A stretch of DNA of 64,000 nt from Lama guanicoe. Lineage: Eukaryota. The position numbers and the translations under genes are program-made. The notes beneath the pieces are model-generated. The model was not told where the DNA came from and made no database searches. It was given only the letters and a program-made list of their open reading frames with translations. The stretch lies in the NCBI GenBank assembly GCA_013239625.1, contig MU056000.1:14223787-14287786 (forward strand). The letters are read 5' to 3'. Position 1 is the stretch's first letter, and each line of letters starts with the position of its first letter. Of this stretch, positions 50,171 through 63,640 are shown one piece after another.

Positions 50171-51797
50171 CAATTATACAACTCAGTTTCCCGCTCATGT
50201 GGGAATTTGGCTCAACTTTTATGACTTGAAATATTGCCTCTAATTTTCATGTTGTGGTCTTTAAAGTCAGTGGACCAGTCGGGCTTACGTTGGGGTTGCT
50301 ATGCATGAGGAATGTTAAACTTGCTTTCTTCTTTTGGGGAAGGTTGGATTAATATTGGCAGTCTTACCATAAAATGTACACTAACTTTTGTCAAATATTT
50401 GTGTAATTCATGGACATATGTTTCAAGTGTTACAGTTATTAACACTGCTTAGTTTAGCTAGAAGAATTTTGAGATGCTATAATAAACAGTTTTGTTTCTT
50501 TAATGCTTTAATTTTATGTATACAGGTAGAGCATATATGTGTATATATGTATATACACATCTGTAAACTTTTTAATAATCATAGTGAAAACTTTCTGAAT
50601 TGTCATAAAACTATAATACCAATGCAACACTAGTAAATTAAGAGATTAATATGTATTTGTCTTTTATTTTTGGACAATAGTTCCTTCAACTCTATTGAAA
50701 AACTAGTTATTTAGCTCCTCCCCCTCAAAATTATATAGACTATAGAAGATTAAAATTAAGAAAGGTAGCACAGAAATTCCATGCACCTTTTCTACTATTT
50801 TCTAATTTATTTGAGATAATAGAATATGCATTTTTAATTCAGGGTTAGTTTTACTGTTGGCTGAGCAAAGTGTATAAATACAACTTTCTGAGAAATTTGA
50901 AATGATCTTACATATTTACATTTAGAGAATTTGAACAGTCACGCAAACGTTCAGTCAAGAGCAAACTATAGTTTCCCTATAGCTGGGAGTGAGTTCTGAC
51001 TCCTTACAGCTGCTAAACAAGGTATCCTTTTGGCCTTTTGATAATGGAATACATTCATCTGTTTAAACTTAGGTGAAGAAGCTCCTATTTTCCTGTGATA
51101 TTCTTTCAGAAAAAAATCATCTTTTGGACCCCCAGATAGTCGTTTGTTTTATTCACATACTGCACTAATTTATGTGGTTTCTAGATTACATACTGAAATT
51201 CCAAACCTCTCATCAATAACTTTTAAACACCTCAACTATCACTAATAGGGTAAGTTGTCTAAGGGGGAGACTGTGGTTGTATCAGTGCATATTAGTACCC
51301 TTTATGGGTGATGATTGTTGCAGAGCCCAAAGAGAATGTTGTGGGGGCAGGTAAATGAATTACAGGAGAGCCTACCCTTAAAGCAGCAGGGTCAGGAAAT
51401 GCTATAAAACTATGCCTTACTATGAACTGGATGACTATGCATTTTTGTAACTCCACAGATCTCCTTCCTTTGTAACCATCTCTTTGGACCACGTAAAATG
51501 CTTGGCCACCCTGCCAGAAAAGTCCCTGTATCTACAGGTCTTGTTTTTCATTTAAGTTGTATTTCCAATTTCAAAGATTACAGCAACATTATTGAAGTTC
51601 TGCTTTGATGCTTACTTAAAACAAGACTGTGGTTTTGAGATTATCAGTGCTAATTATTTATTGGAAAATGATGAATGGCTAATTTTCAAAATTAGTTTTT
51701 TTATGAAACAGAATATGATTTTTAAAGTTGATTATCTAGAAAGTTCAAGAAGAATGTTTTCTAATTGTATTATTTCCAAAACATGAAAGAACATAAC

Positions 51798-52385
51798 TGT
51801 AGTACTTTCTATTGCTAGGTAACAAGTTACCACAAACTTAGGGCCAGAAAACATCACAGTTCTGCAGGTGAGAAGCAAACTCATGGTGTGACTGAATTCT
51901 CTGCTCAAAGCATCACAAAGCTGAAATGAAGGTGTCTGATTGTCTAAGTTCACATCTGGATACTCTGGGGAAAAAAATCTGCTCCCAAGTTCACTCTGGT
52001 TGTTGTCAGAATTCAGTTCTGTGTAATTACGGAATCGAGGTCTCTTTTCCCTTGATGGTGGTCAGCAGAGGGCCGCTCTCTGCTTCTAGAAGTTGCCTAC
52101 ATTTTTTGCTATGTGGCCTTCTCCATCTTCAAGACAGTAATGGCACTTTGATATCCTTCTTTTGCTTCAAATCCTTGACTTTCTCTTCTGTTCCCAGCTG
52201 GAGAAATCTCTTTACTTTTAAAGGGCTTATGTAATTGGGCCAAGTTCACTTGGATTACCTCCCTATCATAAGGTCACCTATGCCTCATAATATAACCAGA
52301 TCACAGGAGTGAAATTCATCATCTTCACAATCCTGGGTATTACACACCACCAAGTGCAACAAAGGGATGGAAATCTTAAAATCAC
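51798..52385 (-). mobile_element. MaLR solo LTR (MLT1E-like)
   Basis: TTTCTATTGCTAGGTAACAAGTTACCACAAACTTAG...TGTCAGAATTCAGTTC...TTTTAAAGGGCTTATGTAATTGGGCC. Confidence 0.88.
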
Positions 52386-52854
52386 ACTTCCGAGAATGAG
52401 TCATAGAGCTTCTCAAATTCTACAGATTGTCAAAAATGATTCTTTATAATAATGTCATTTAAAAGATAAATCACTAGTGTGAGCCATTTATAAAATGTAT
52501 CGGTTTTGAAACTCCTTGAAAATTCCAAATGGAGTTAAAGAATATATATTCTACTTCTATCTTTATGTGAGTTTTTAATCACTGGACAAAAGAAGCATAA
52601 TTTAAAAAACAAAATAAAAACCAAAATGAAAAAAGTGCACATTTGTTTTGTTTTTTAACTTAATGTTAGAATGAAGCTAAAACAAACAAAAAACTGATAT
52701 TTTCTATTGTTTTCACTGTGGTAGATTTTTTTTGAAGAGTTTATGTGACTATATAAATACATAAGCATATACTTTTATTAAAAACATTTTTTTCTTCTTT
52801 TTATTTAAGAACTCCATTTATTCCCTGACTTTATAAGTCCTTACCCTAATAGAT

Positions 52855-53110
52855 GAATCCTTGGGTTAAAATTCTTTCCAGCCCAACAGGGAGCTCCAGG
52901 CAAAGACTGGCCATTAAAGAAGTCCTGTGTTGGGTAGAAATATCTAGGGCCGTTTATCATGACTTCACACCATCATGGGCTGAGGGCCGCCCGAGAAGAG
53001 TAAGACTGCAGCTCAAAAGATGAGGCAGACCTTTTAGTTTGTAATAGCTACAGTCTGTCAGCTAATCCCACTCTTTGAAAGGAATTCTGAGGGGCATCTC
53101 AAGAAGTGCC
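52855..53110 (-). mobile_element. MaLR LTR fragment (MLT1H-like)
   Basis: CAGCCCAACAGGGAGCTCCAGGCAAAGACTGGCCATTAAAGAAGTCCTGTGTTGGG...CTGAGGGGCATC. Confidence 0.65.
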
Positions 53111-55087
53111 ATGCTTGTAGAACAAAGAGTCTAACTTCCACATACAGTGTTTATCCTAAGAGTATCTTCATGAGAAGATGTGCACAGGAATGTTATGAGT
53201 TCTGTCAAAACAGTGACATGATCATAAGATATACACATCTGATTGCTATATTTTATTTTATTTTTTTGGATCACCAACCAAGAGCAAGAGAAAAATCATT
53301 TCTATAATAAATACAAGGTAGGTTGGAATGATTGGCCATGTTATATTAAAAGGAAAACAAAAGTTAAGTTACAGTGTATAAATATGTTCTTAATGAATAT
53401 CAGTTAAGGCTACAAGGAATTCAGACATACTGACATGTTATTGGCCAATAGAAGAGACGTAGATAATTATTCACATCCCAATGAAAGTTGCATAATATTA
53501 GGAATTAAGAGATGGACTCTATAATTGTCCTGGAGAATCTGAACCAATGTAGCTTTTATTGACCAACTACACCTCCATAGACACATGGAAAGTAGAGTAT
53601 TAAGGAGGACGTGCAAACATTGTGAAATGTTGTGGCTGACCTAATATAATCATGTTTGCTCTGTCAGGAGGAATTTTGCTAGCAATGGGAAGAACCATTG
53701 GAATAGAAGTTTTCACAATTGACACTGGGATCGTCTGTCTCCTTAATACAGAGTGCCTATGTACATTTCCTTTACTGTGAAAATTCAACAGTCCTGAAGC
53801 GACCTCAACTATTTCATTATTGCTACCCATGTGTGAACTGCCCAAGTTTGTTCAGAGGAGAATTATATATGAAATAGCCCTGGAATTCTCTAAGCTGTTC
53901 TGATTTTTATTCATTCTGGTTTATGTTGGACTTAATTTTATCTCTAAAGGAAAGTTTGCTAAAGCTGAATTTCTATGATGTTAATGACCAGACAGACGCA
54001 GGAGTATTTAACCTATAATAGGAAGAAAAGAAGGATTTGGAAAATTAATGGTTTAAAATGCTTGTGCATTAACAAGGTTTAGCAGGGGCTGTATCATCAC
54101 CGACTTCTAGGTATAGTATCAGATATAACAGATTGGCAAATGTAAAGTGGCAAGTAACAAAGAAGTAAGAATTCCCCAGTGACCTTGTGCAATTTCTGAG
54201 AGCACTAGGGAGTTGGCTAACTACCTCACTTACATCTCATAAAGTGAGACCTCAGTTTCACCCCTGCTGATCCCTCTGCTCTTGTTTCTATCTGCTGTAA
54301 TTGGAAAGTCAAGTAGTGACACTGTGGAGGGAATCCAAGACACTCATGCATAAACTACTCTTGTGTTTTTCAAAAACAAAACAAAACAAAACAATGACAA
54401 AAACCGAGAACAGCAAGTTTTGAGAATCTTTAACCTCTACTTGATATTGACAGAGAAATAAGATTAGGATAATTATTTAAGGCAGAAAATATTTCAGATT
54501 CCACAATTCCCAAGTATCTTTGCATAGAAGCAATTGACACTTGAAGATGAGTTGTGGAGGTATATTTTTAGAGAATATAGAAAAGATGGAATGAATTCAC
54601 TTTCCACCGAAAAATGGGACAGGCAGGGCTCATCTATTGCAAAGCAAATAGTGTTCAACACCTGTGATAAGGAGAGATGACATGTGGGAGTGTGGGTGGC
54701 GGATACTGAGAGCCGGAAAGAAAGACAGGGCCAGGCCAGCCTATCAATCCACACAATGGAAGCCGTTTTCCTAAGGGCTAAACTGGGAATATGAGCCCTT
54801 TCCCTCCTTTTTTTTTTTTTTTTTTAAAAAAAAGAGAATTCTCACTTCTGGATCCTTGAGGAAAGGAAGTGTGAAAGCAGTACCTAATAAATCAAAAGGG
54901 GTCTAAATACACACATACAAACAAAGTTCGGGGGGAAGAAGAATCTAATAAATGACCCAGAAAATAGGTTCTATTAACTTTTTCAGCAGGAATGGACAAG
55001 ACAGACTTTACACAAAAGGTAGGGATAAAACTAGCCTTAAAGAGAGGATGGGGAATTCTAACGAGCTGAGATCAAAGGAATAGTTAG

Positions 55088-55138
55088 TGTGGTAAGCAGA
55101 ATAATGATCTCCCAAAAATGTCCACGTCCTAATCTCCC
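55088..55138 (+). mobile_element. MLT1C/D 5' fragment
   Basis: TGTGGTAAGCAGAATAATGATCTCCCAAAAATGTCCACGTCCTAATC is the MLT1 start. Confidence 0.8.
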
Positions 55139-57125
55139 AGTTAATAAATCTTGTGTTTATGTTGAGTGTTTTATTTGTGCACATGTGTAATTTCTTACCT
55201 CCACACCAGCCCAGACAGGTGGAAATACTACATAAGGAATCAAGGTTTGGAGAGTTGATTATCTACAAGGTTCCAATGTTTGAACCAAGGCGTGGATGAC
55301 TCCAGTCTTACACTTTGCTGCTTTATTGCCTTTTATTGAATGTGCTGGGCCCTAGATTAGGCATTTGAGTGACCTGGATTGTTCAGAGCTATACAGTTTG
55401 CAGCAACAGGGGATTCACCTGCTGGTCAGAGGCTAAGCGTGTCCTTTGAGAGCATCATACTCTTAAATCTGACAATCGACTTTGATACACAAGAATCGGA
55501 TCATGTTCCTTCTCTGAAAAGTGGTTTCTCTCATTTCACCAGAATCTTACTAGATTCCCATGTCGCAAAATATTTTTAAAAAATGATACAACACTTTATC
55601 TCATAAGGGAAGTAAATTAACTTCCCCAGGGGTCATAAAACACATTAGTGTTAAATCTGTAAAAGAGCCAGGGTTTCCTAAATCATCCTTTGATTGTCTC
55701 TTAATTTTGTATTCTCAGTATGCTGAGATCTACTAAATAATGTTAGCTCTCTAGAAAGGACACCAAGGTTGAGAGGCTGGAAGGAAAAGGCAACACAAAT
55801 GACATTTTCCCATGATATTTTCCTTGCATAAGACCTTGGAGAACAAACCTGTCACTTCTCCTCAGCTCCAAAGCAGCCTTCATTTTACATGCAATACATG
55901 TTCAGTAACAGGTTCAGAAAGAGGAAACGATTAATGATACTTCCCTTAGTGACAAGACTCTGCATCTGTCTCTTTTTTAAAAAAGTGTTTCCTGTTCTAC
56001 AAAGTGATGAAGTTAAGCCAGGTAATCTCTAAAACTTTGTCATCTAAAATGTCTTTGTACTTTGGACCACAGCTCTCAGAGAACACTGAAACATCTGAAC
56101 GGCCGGTGTTTCTGATCAAACAGACTGGGGCATAACTGCTGTGTCTAGCTGTACTAAAATGTCCAGACTGCAGCAAAACAGACTTAGGAGAAGCAAGTGA
56201 GATGGAATGAATGGCTCACCAGGAAGAAAGCAGACTGTCTGAAAGCCATAGTCTCAGCATTTCACTCTTCAGAATGAAATGACTTCAACACCTCAATTCT
56301 AGGCTTGTTTATACCTAGTGGGCTGTTGTGTCTTTTTTTACCATCCAATTTGAGAAGTTAAATGCCTTATTTTTAGAATGGTGGAACTAAATATCAAAAG
56401 TCAGAATAAAACCTTTTCTTTGCAATATGACTGTATCCACTGGAAATAAGAAGCTGTATATTTTGCCACGTATATGAATATTTTAGTTCTCATAAAGACT
56501 AATCCATTCCATCAATGCTAATAATGCTTATACAATTAAAATGTAATCATGTAGGTTGTCCTCGGGTTGTAGACTTGACTTTCCATGAATGAACGTCTAT
56601 TATTGGCGATGCAATTCTAAGCTTTTTGTGGTGATTAGTTCTCATTATCATGAAAATATAAACATAAATGCAGCATAAAATTTTATGTATATTTATTGAA
56701 AAATACTCTGATCCTAGAGTGACACAACATAAAAGAAGAACCTCATACAAGAAGAACACAATTCTCAGAAATTACATAAAATTGAAAAGAAGGACTTAGA
56801 ATGAAACAGATGGCTACAGAAGCAGCTGCGTGGTATCATTTCTGAAGTGTGCTAGAAACATATGTGGATGGGAATATGGAGTGTGTAGGGGGAAAGAACT
56901 GTGACTGTACTTGAAAATAAGAAACTGATGGAGTTTCAGATTTTCTACCATGAGATGAAAGCATGAGGGCCAAGGACTCATTTACCTTCAAGTGCTTCCC
57001 AAGCTATAGAATGAATGGGGGATATTACTCCTGTATCAACAACTTGTAAAATGCACTGGATTCTCTTTCCTGTTCTTGTTTATTTAAAAGCATTGGATCT
57101 TCCAGATTGTTCTGGAGTCATGGTT

Positions 57126-57486
57126 CGTGATGGTTAATTTGTATGTTTCAATTAGACTGGGCCAGGATGCCCTGAAATTGACTTGAACATTATTTCTGGA
57201 TGTATCTGCGTGGACGTTTTGCCTGATTGTCCTTGAGCTGGGATATGGGTCTTCTCCTGCCTTCAGACTTGGACTGCAACTAGCCCATCAGCTCTCCTGG
57301 GTCTGGCCTTCTCTGTCTTCATAAGCATATGAGTCAATGTCTTATAATGAACCTCTTTACATGTAAGTAGTACATAATACGCATATGCACATATATATAC
57401 ACACACAGACACACATCCACAGACACGTGTGTGTATACATACACATCCTGTTGGTTCTTTTTCTCTAGAGAACCCTGACTGATACG
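57126..57486 (+). mobile_element. MLT2 (ERVL) solo LTR, probably internally deleted
   Basis: GTGATGGTTAATTTGTATGTTTCAATTAGACTGGGCCA ... CCTGTTGGTTCTTTTTCTCTAGAGAACCCTGACTGATAC; near-perfect 5-bp TSD TGGTT/GGGTT. Confidence 0.92.
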
Positions 57487-57739
57487 GGGTTCAACAAGTA
57501 TCCATGAATTTTTTTAAGCAAGTGAGACAGAAATATTAAAACCCACTGATGGTGGTGGTAGGTCCAGGCACCAAGCTCAGATCTGTCAAACGCCCAAATT
57601 CGCCCTAATAACTATTTATTGTCTTTGCTCTTGCTCCTGTTTTACTTTATAACAGGACAAAGTTCTGTGGTTGAGTATTTTTTTCTCTCTCTTTGTCATG
57701 GTTGCAGTTATTTTTTGTTGAGGTTTGAGAGATGAAGAG

Positions 57740-57900
57740 AATTTAGTAACATGACCCTCAAAACAGTGTATTAGAAAGTCCCTAAGGCATTTGACAAAGT
57801 CATTCATAAAATCATTACGAATATCATAGGAAAATGTAGGCTAAAAAAGTGCGGTAAGCTCAGTGCACAACTGTTGACAAAGGCTGTGCCCAGAAGTTGC
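57740..57900 (+). mobile_element. L3/CR1 reverse-transcriptase remnant
   Basis: From 57784 the sequence translates KAFDKVIHKIITNIIGKCRL, matching the CR1 RT motif KAFDxVxHxILxxKxxKxGL. Confidence 0.75.
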
Positions 57901-60756
57901 TGGTCCGCAGCTTTCTACCTGGTGAAATACCTGTGTGCTTTTTAGTCAAGCAGCCCAGGGGCTGGGAAGAGTGGCAACCTTTCTGTGTATTGACCTCTTT
58001 GTTTGCACAATGGAAAATTGGAACTACCTTCGTCTCTTGGTTGTTAAGGACTAAATAAAATAATGTAGAGAAACTATTCACCATGACAGATAATATACCC
58101 TCAATAAATTTTAAAATTATAGTTTAGAAAGAAGAAATGAGGAAAAAAGGAAGAAAAGGAGGAGGAGGAACCAAAACTCCTTAAGTCGTTGGAAATACCT
58201 TAAACAAAGCACTTAAATGACTAGATAAGACCCCGTAAGGGGGATCCCATTATTTTAGGACGATTCCCAAATATGCACACAAGTGATTTGTTTAAACATG
58301 TCTCTAGGCATTAAGCTTAATATGCATCAAAAGGGAGGTGTGGCTCAGAAAAACAAAAACAAAACATAACAAACTCAAATGAAAGCAAGAACTAAGCAGA
58401 CACAGGCTGAAAGCACTGAAGAGCCGCAGGCGCAGGGAAACAAAGGCACTGACCTTGGGCTTTTAATAAAACAACTGAAAACCTGGGCCCTGAAAAGTGT
58501 ATTGCGTTTGAAAAGAGCTGAATCAGAGAGCAAGCAGGCACGCGGTGTTTTAGAATTTGTCACAAAGAAGGAATTAGAGATGTTTAATTTCAAAATATGT
58601 AGAGAAAAGCTTCAAAATGGGCATGAATGTGGTCTTCCAAAATATAAAAGGGACCCTGAAGTAAAGGTTCCATTTCTAGCTCCAATGAACAAAAACATTT
58701 AGGGAAGGTTGTTTATTGCTCATTTACAGGAAATGTTTCTTAAATGTAAGAATTACTGAAAGGGAATCCCAGGAAATAGTCATTGTGAAATTTGTGGCCT
58801 CATGGATGGTCATTTCCTTGCCAAAATCAGGTTCAGCAGTTGCTATTCTGCCCTCTTGTGAGACCAGAGAGTGTTCAGTAGCCCCTGGAAAACAGGACCT
58901 TCCAACTATGAAGTAACTTAAGTCACTTAATTACCTCCTGTCTGTCTCTGTTCAACATTACTCACAGATTCTGCACTGTCTATTCAGCATCTGCTATCAG
59001 CAAAACACTATAAGCTAGTGTTATATATTCATTATTTAATTTAACTTATAATAAAGGAAACTTTATTTAAAAAAAAAAAAAGGAAAGTCAGGAATGGAGA
59101 AGCTACACAGTGTGTGCATGATCCCAAGCTTCTCAGTGGGGAAGTTGGTATTAGAACCCTAGTAACTGAATTCTAAATGTTGGGTTTTCCAATGATCTTT
59201 CTTCTAAACTGTAAACAGTGTATCAACATTTCAATGTTTCTAAAGATGTCTTGCCTGCCTCCTAGTGTCATAGTACAATGATATAACATTATATTATTGA
59301 GTTATCATTACATGGTAGCCCATTAGGACATAAAACATGTCTTCGAGTCAGTGTAGCTTAGTTCTTACTGATGTATTGTCACGCTTTTCATCTTTACGAA
59401 ACCCAAGTATGAAAATTTAATTGACAAATCAGACCTAGGGTTTAGGAGACTTGATTTTGAATGTTATTAGGTGTGTTTCACAGATTGCTAACATCTCATC
59501 TACAGTTCTTTCCTCTCATTAAATGCCTCAATAATGTAACTTGCTTTTTGAAATGATTAAATTCTTTATGATGTGGTTCTCTTTCACCTCTCTGAAAAAA
59601 GAAAAAAAAAGGTATTAAAGCCGCTCAGCTTATGTGATGAAATAATGTGGATAATGTTCATATGGAAAGGTGGAAGATGAGAGCGTGAGAGTGATGGTTA
59701 GACAGCGCCAGTGGCACTTCTGTACTGTCTAAATAAATGCACTGTAAAAAATTTGGAGGAACTCATTATTTTGTTTTAAACAGCAAATCTTTCTTAACTG
59801 CTGGCATAATGCTGTCATATCCTTCCTGATGAGTCAGCAGTTACATGCCAGCACTTGAAACAGCATTTTGCAGATGAAAAGAGGCAGAATAATAAGTCTG
59901 TGGAACATACCCAAGTAAGCAAGATAATGCTGAGGAAGAGATCATTTGTATTATTTAGAACTGAGGATTATAAAACTGTAATGCCACCTACCTTTGCTAT
60001 TTAAACAGCAAGACATATACTACGCTTTATTGGAAATACAAACACAGATAACTTAGAAATAGCGGAGTGCTCCTTTACGAGATATCAGCTGCAGGTAAGG
60101 ATGAGTGAAGTCATGAGCAGGGTCAGCCAGAGTTCAAGGCACATGCGCCCTCCTCACACTTCCCTGATCCAAAGCAAGATGATGCTCCCTCCAGTTAGGA
60201 TTTCCTTCCTTGCTTCTTGATTCAGGACGAGGAATATCCCTTTACTAAGGATAAATGAAATTTGGAATCAAACTGAAATAATTAAAATTATCCCTTCACG
60301 TTTTTAACATTTATTGTGTCTGTACAACTGAGACTGAAAATCTTTGGACAGCTCCCTCTGTGACTTTCCAACTTGAGAAGTTCAGTGAAGAGTTTTCAAT
60401 AACAATTCTATATAAATAATGAATGAAACAAGATATCAAGGGGAAATTCTCCTGAGATTTAGATTTCTTATTTGTGCAGCGATCTTGGAAAAATGGCAGA
60501 CTTCAAATCAGATAAAGCTTGTTATTTTTGAAGGAAAATTTTGGAACCAGAAGATATTTTAAAATTTTACATAAAAACGCATTACATGGCATCACATTGA
60601 ATAGCGTGAAACAGTGGCTGCAATAATAAAATATTTAATTGTCAGGAAAAGTAATACATCAGATAAAATGTGATTCTGTGCCAATCTCTTTTCAGGAAAC
60701 CTTCATTTCTTCCTAACATTTTATTCTCTCTTTAAATAGGGTGTGTGTTCATTTAG

Positions 60757-60988
60757 GGTCTGTTTCTCAACCTCAGCACTATTAACATTTAGAATTGAGT
60801 AATTACTTGATGTTGGATGCTGCATCTGTGCATTCTGGGATGTTTAGCATCACTCCTGGCCTTTAGTCACTAAATTCCAGCAGCAGCCCCTCAGTCATGA
60901 CAATCACTTAACAGCCACAGACATTGTGAAAAGTCCCTGGGGTGGGGGGTTGGGAGGGACCAAAATCCTCCCTGGCAGAGGACCACTG
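60757..60988 (-). mobile_element. MER20
   Basis: GTTTCTCAACCTCAGCACTATTAACATTT...GGGATGTTTAGCATCACTCCTGGCCT...CAGACATTG...GAGGACCACTG. Confidence 0.9.
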
Positions 60989-62579
60989 ATTTAGGACCAC
61001 GGTAGTCCGTACCCGCCCTTTCTTTTGAGACCTGAGATTTTCCTTTTGGCTTCTTTATCAATTACCTTTTCCCTATTCCTTGGGTCTCTGTTATATCTTA
61101 ACTCTCATTTATTTACCTTTATGGAAATTGCAAAAAAGAAAATCTGTTTAAAGGAATTACACACAAGCTCTTCTTCCTCCTGCTACCTCAGTCCCACAGT
61201 AAGACGCAGAGCTTGGGGAGGGAACAGACACTAGATTTCCACATTCTTCACCCAATGGACAAGGGGTGGCTGTGTAGGGCATTAGCTGTACAAATGTCCC
61301 TGGTTCCCTGTTTATATATTATAGTATGGCATTCATAAGTGGATCATGCAGAACTCAGAAATTAATGTCTCCATAGTGATAATATAATAATGGGTGGTTG
61401 TGTTCCCAGGCCAGCCTTCAAAAGTCAATTTGCCTATAAATCAGTTGAGGTCTCTGCACGGTAATCTCCTAAATTCTGAGACCTGGTAACAGGAATCTAC
61501 ACAGTACAGTTTTAAATGAGGAGGTAAAACCGAAAGAGAACTGAGTCTCCTTCCCCAGTTCAGTTTGATTAAAAAAATATATTGTAAATCAAAATGATTT
61601 ACCTTTCATATCTATGCCATTTATTCAAGTCCCTAAAACTTAACTATTTACGGCAGTTCCCTGAAATTACTCCATGCTTATTCTCCATGTGTGAAAACAT
61701 ATGTGCCCTGACTGATGCCAGATTTGGAGAAATGTCAGTTACCAAGTAAGAGAAGTGTCATACAGACTCTCATTCCCCATACATAATAAGGATTAGTTTA
61801 TAAATATTAATACATGTTTTTGACTGCATACTTTCACAGTCATTTGTATATTAAAGAGATGCTTTTTGTAGCCCAGGATTCTGTCTCATCGCTTTAAAAC
61901 AAAAACAAAAACAAAAACAGAGTAACACAAGTGCCTATTAGATGTAAATCAGTATACCAGATGTTACAGTGGCCACACAGGTGGTCAAGATATGATTTAT
62001 GCCCTTAGGGGCTTTTGAAATGTACAGGATGACTGAAAAAAGTATTGGAATAAAATAGGTTGATTTGAGAACATTCTTTATTAAGATACACCCTGTGAAT
62101 AATTGTAATAGACACGGATAGTTATGGACATCTTTTTCACCTCCTGTAGACATTCGAAGTGTGACTGGCCTAATTATGCACTGTTCACCACATATTTAGT
62201 TCTCATATGCTAATTATGCAAAAACAGAACTGAGAATATTAATGTAGCCAAAGAGAAATGAAGCATTTAAGCATTACATTCACTTGTTAACCCTTTCCAA
62301 AATGCCTTCTCAGTCTTATGTTATGGTACCGCTGCCTTGAAAACTGTCATGACTGAATTAGGAGAAAAACGGAAATTTCTGTCTTTATCCCTGTAACTCA
62401 ATACTATATAACATTTTTTTTCTCTCTCCTATAAGTTTCGCAGAAAGTAATCGAAATAGGATCGAATTTCTTTTTATCTCAAATGTTCAGAAACTGGCCA
62501 AACTCTCCAGATTCTGGCACTTTCTATAATATTAAGTAAAATGAATTTGCCTAGATTTTCTTATGAGAAATCAGGCCAT

Positions 62580-63015
62580 ATGGTAGGTATCACCAGATTG
62601 CTTATTGTCTCCCTGTAGCCATTGTTTACTTTTTTTAGTTGAATGCATGGCTCCTAGGCATGCAGATTATATTCCCCATATTCTCTTAAAGCTAGATGTA
62701 GCCACATGAAAATTCCTGGGCAATGATTTTGCAGTGTAAATAGTATGTGCAATACATGGGAGGTAACCTTAAGGAAAGGGTGTGGTAGCTCTTCCTACAC
62801 CTTTCTGAGATGCCTGGAACACAACCAAGCTTATAACTTCTAAATTCCTAGACCCATGAGCCAAAGTTGCAGGCTGGGAGTGGGAACCTGGTCTGGGATA
62901 CCACGCGGTATAACTCTGGCTTGGGACTGACTAACTCTGTGCCATTTTACCTGTTAGATTTTGTCTGAAAATTGAGATTTTTTTTTGTTCCTTCAAACTT
63001 ATACATAATCATAAA
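62580..63015 (+). mobile_element. MaLR LTR (MLT1I/J-like)
   Basis: AGATTATATTCCCCATATTCTCTTAAAGCTAGATGTAGCCACATGAAAATTCCTGGGCAATG resembles the MLT1J-type core. Confidence 0.65.
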
Positions 63016-63214
63016 CAGTGTAGGCAGTTTGGCTAGTCATGGAAGAAGCAGGAAGCTGAGAAACAATCATTTCAAATTATAGGAATTATCTTTGGTTTAA
63101 GGTTATAAATCTTTCCCTGGGATGGGAGAAGTGCACAGGTCATGGTGCAAGCTCTTAATGCCACCTGTATACTTGTGCTCACTGGCCCAAGTGGTTGGTC
63201 TGAAGACAATGACA

Positions 63215-63420
63215 TAGTATCTGTGAACGCAACTGATTTATAAAGCCTAAATCTTTATTGATAGCAAATGTTAACTGTGGAATTTTTGTTTGGCCAAGTC
63301 ACTTCTAACTTGGAAGTGACTTTAACACAGATAAAATAATCCTCATTTTATAGATAAAACAAATAGTATGTTTTTGGGTTACCTGAGAAATAATGAGACA
63401 ATGAGAAAGTAAATTCACTG
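63215..63420 (+). mobile_element. MIR SINE
   Basis: TTGGCCAAGTCACTT...TCCTCATTTTATA...AATGAGACAATG. Confidence 0.55.
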
Positions 63421-63489
63421 AATCCTCCTGAAATTCCTTTCTCTATACTAGCCAACACTGATGTTCTTGATATTAATGTTTTGTATCAT

Positions 63490-63640
63490 TCATTCACATA
63501 GCAATCAGTTAGGAGTGGGAAGTGTCATGATCCCTGTTTTTCAGAAGAGTACTGTGTTTAGAGAAAGGTAAATCCCTTAACAGGATGCATATGAGCAGTT
63601 AAAATGTGGAGCAATAAATCGAGTTGTTTCATCTGATCCC
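63490..63640 (-). mobile_element. MIR SINE
   Basis: ATCCCTGTTTTTCAGAAGAGTACTGTGTTTAGAGAAAGGTAAAT. Confidence 0.6.

Noticed and set aside
58379..58702. 107-aa ATG-initiated ORF
   Set aside because: No recognisable family, no promoter or splice support, and A-rich composition; not distinguishable from chance.
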